Assembly (NCBI GenBank): GCA_951406725.2
Contig: OX597815.1
Coordinates: 23,250,001-23,314,000, forward strand
DNA from: Octopus vulgaris
Lineage: Eukaryota
Reading direction: 5' to 3'
DNA: 64,000 nucleotides
Shown here: one piece after another, positions 62,990 through 64,000 of the stretch
How positions within the stretch are numbered: the first letter of the stretch is position 1
Layout: each line of letters starts with the position of its first letter
The notes under the pieces: generated by a model
The model's input: the letters and a program-made list of their open reading frames with translations, nothing else
Told to the model about the DNA's origin: nothing
Databases searched by the model: none
Position numbers and translations under genes: made by a program

Positions 62990-63665
62990 TGGTGATTGTC
63001 TTCTCCTTATGCAGAGTTTGACCACCTCCTGCACCTACACCTTAACACCATCATGGCATCTGATGTGGCTTTTTAAACCAGACAATGTTCTGAAAAGACA
63101 CCCACATAGATTGCACCTCTGATTTGGACTACCAAGAGCTGCAGATAAATTCTACGCTTTGTGGATCTTAAAATGTCTCTTGAGGCCTTTGTTGGCTTTG
63201 CAAACCTTCTGGCATACACTGCATTCAAAAGTGTACACAGACATAGAGGCAGAATAGTTGGTGAAGGTTTGTTTTCCATGTATTCACAGATGAGATTTGA
63301 GGCCAGCAAAAGACTGGCATGGTCTGTCACAGACTGTGCACACAAAATGGTCATTGTCATTCACCTTCTCAATTGTTACATTCTTCCTTAGATCTCTTTT
63401 GAGTCTTATCCTGGTCTCTTCAAATGCTTTTACTCCACACCTTTGTTCACCATCCAACTCAATCCAGAGCAAAGGTTTCTGTATCTTCTGGAACCATTCC
63501 AAGTGACTTCATTGTAGCCTTATGCTGTCCTTAAACCATTTTTTAGGTTTACACTGATAGCGTTTCCCCTCTGCAAGCTCACCATAAAACAGCTGTTTCG
63601 GCATGCGTTCATCTACCATTCGAACAATATAGCCACACCATCTCAATTGGTTCCTCAAAATCATA
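62990..63665 (-). mobile_element. RTE LINE 3' end with zinc-knuckle tail, bounded by (TATG)n
   Basis: QLRWCGYIVRMVDERMPKQLFYGELAEGKR...PKKWFKDS and FVCTVCDRPCQSFAGLKSHL. Confidence 0.82.
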
Positions 63666-64000
63666 GCTACATACATAAATACATGCATACATAAATAGTT
63701 ATATACATACACACACACATACATGCATAATTACATACATACATACATATATACATACATACATAATTACATGCATACATACATAATTACATGCATACAT
63801 ACATAATTACATGCATACATACATACATAATTACATACAACACACACACACACATAAATATCATTACCTTCGTTTTAATGTCTTCTTTTCCATGCTTGCA
63901 TGGGTTGGGCAAAATTTGTTGAGGCAGCTTTTCAGTAACTAGATGCAGATGCTCTTCCTATCATCAACCTTCGCATGTTTCCAAGTAAGGTAATATTTTC

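Overview
AT-rich, repeat-dense eukaryotic DNA. The repeat families and microsatellite load look like a coleoid cephalopod, probably Octopus; this is inferred from remembered repeat families, not from a search. One host gene is well supported: the last five coding exons of a SENP8/DEN1 (NEDD8-specific Ulp1-family protease) on the + strand at 3013-15262, with GT-AG introns, consistent phases and an intact His-Asp-Cys triad; its N-terminal exon(s) appear to lie upstream of the window. A second + strand gene is weakly suggested by candidate exons at 32764-32899 and 58586-58622. The rest is transposable-element debris: CR1-like, RTE and R4/Dong-type LINE fragments, several tRNA-derived SINE families, non-autonomous Helitrons with exact A|TC...CTAG|T ends, hAT MITEs with 8-bp TSDs, and decayed pogo, Tc1, mariner and hAT transposases. 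The most notable unannotated signal is about a dozen type I hammerhead-ribozyme-like motifs (CUGANGA...GAAA...NUH, short palindromic stem III) from at least six unrelated sequence families. They mostly sit in or beside (TA)n tracts, often as inverted or tandem pairs. One pair flanks a Penelope-like GIY-YIG fragment, one forms a perfect 99-bp-arm palindrome and one is a 348-bp tandem dimer. All structures were read by eye; none was computed or tested.
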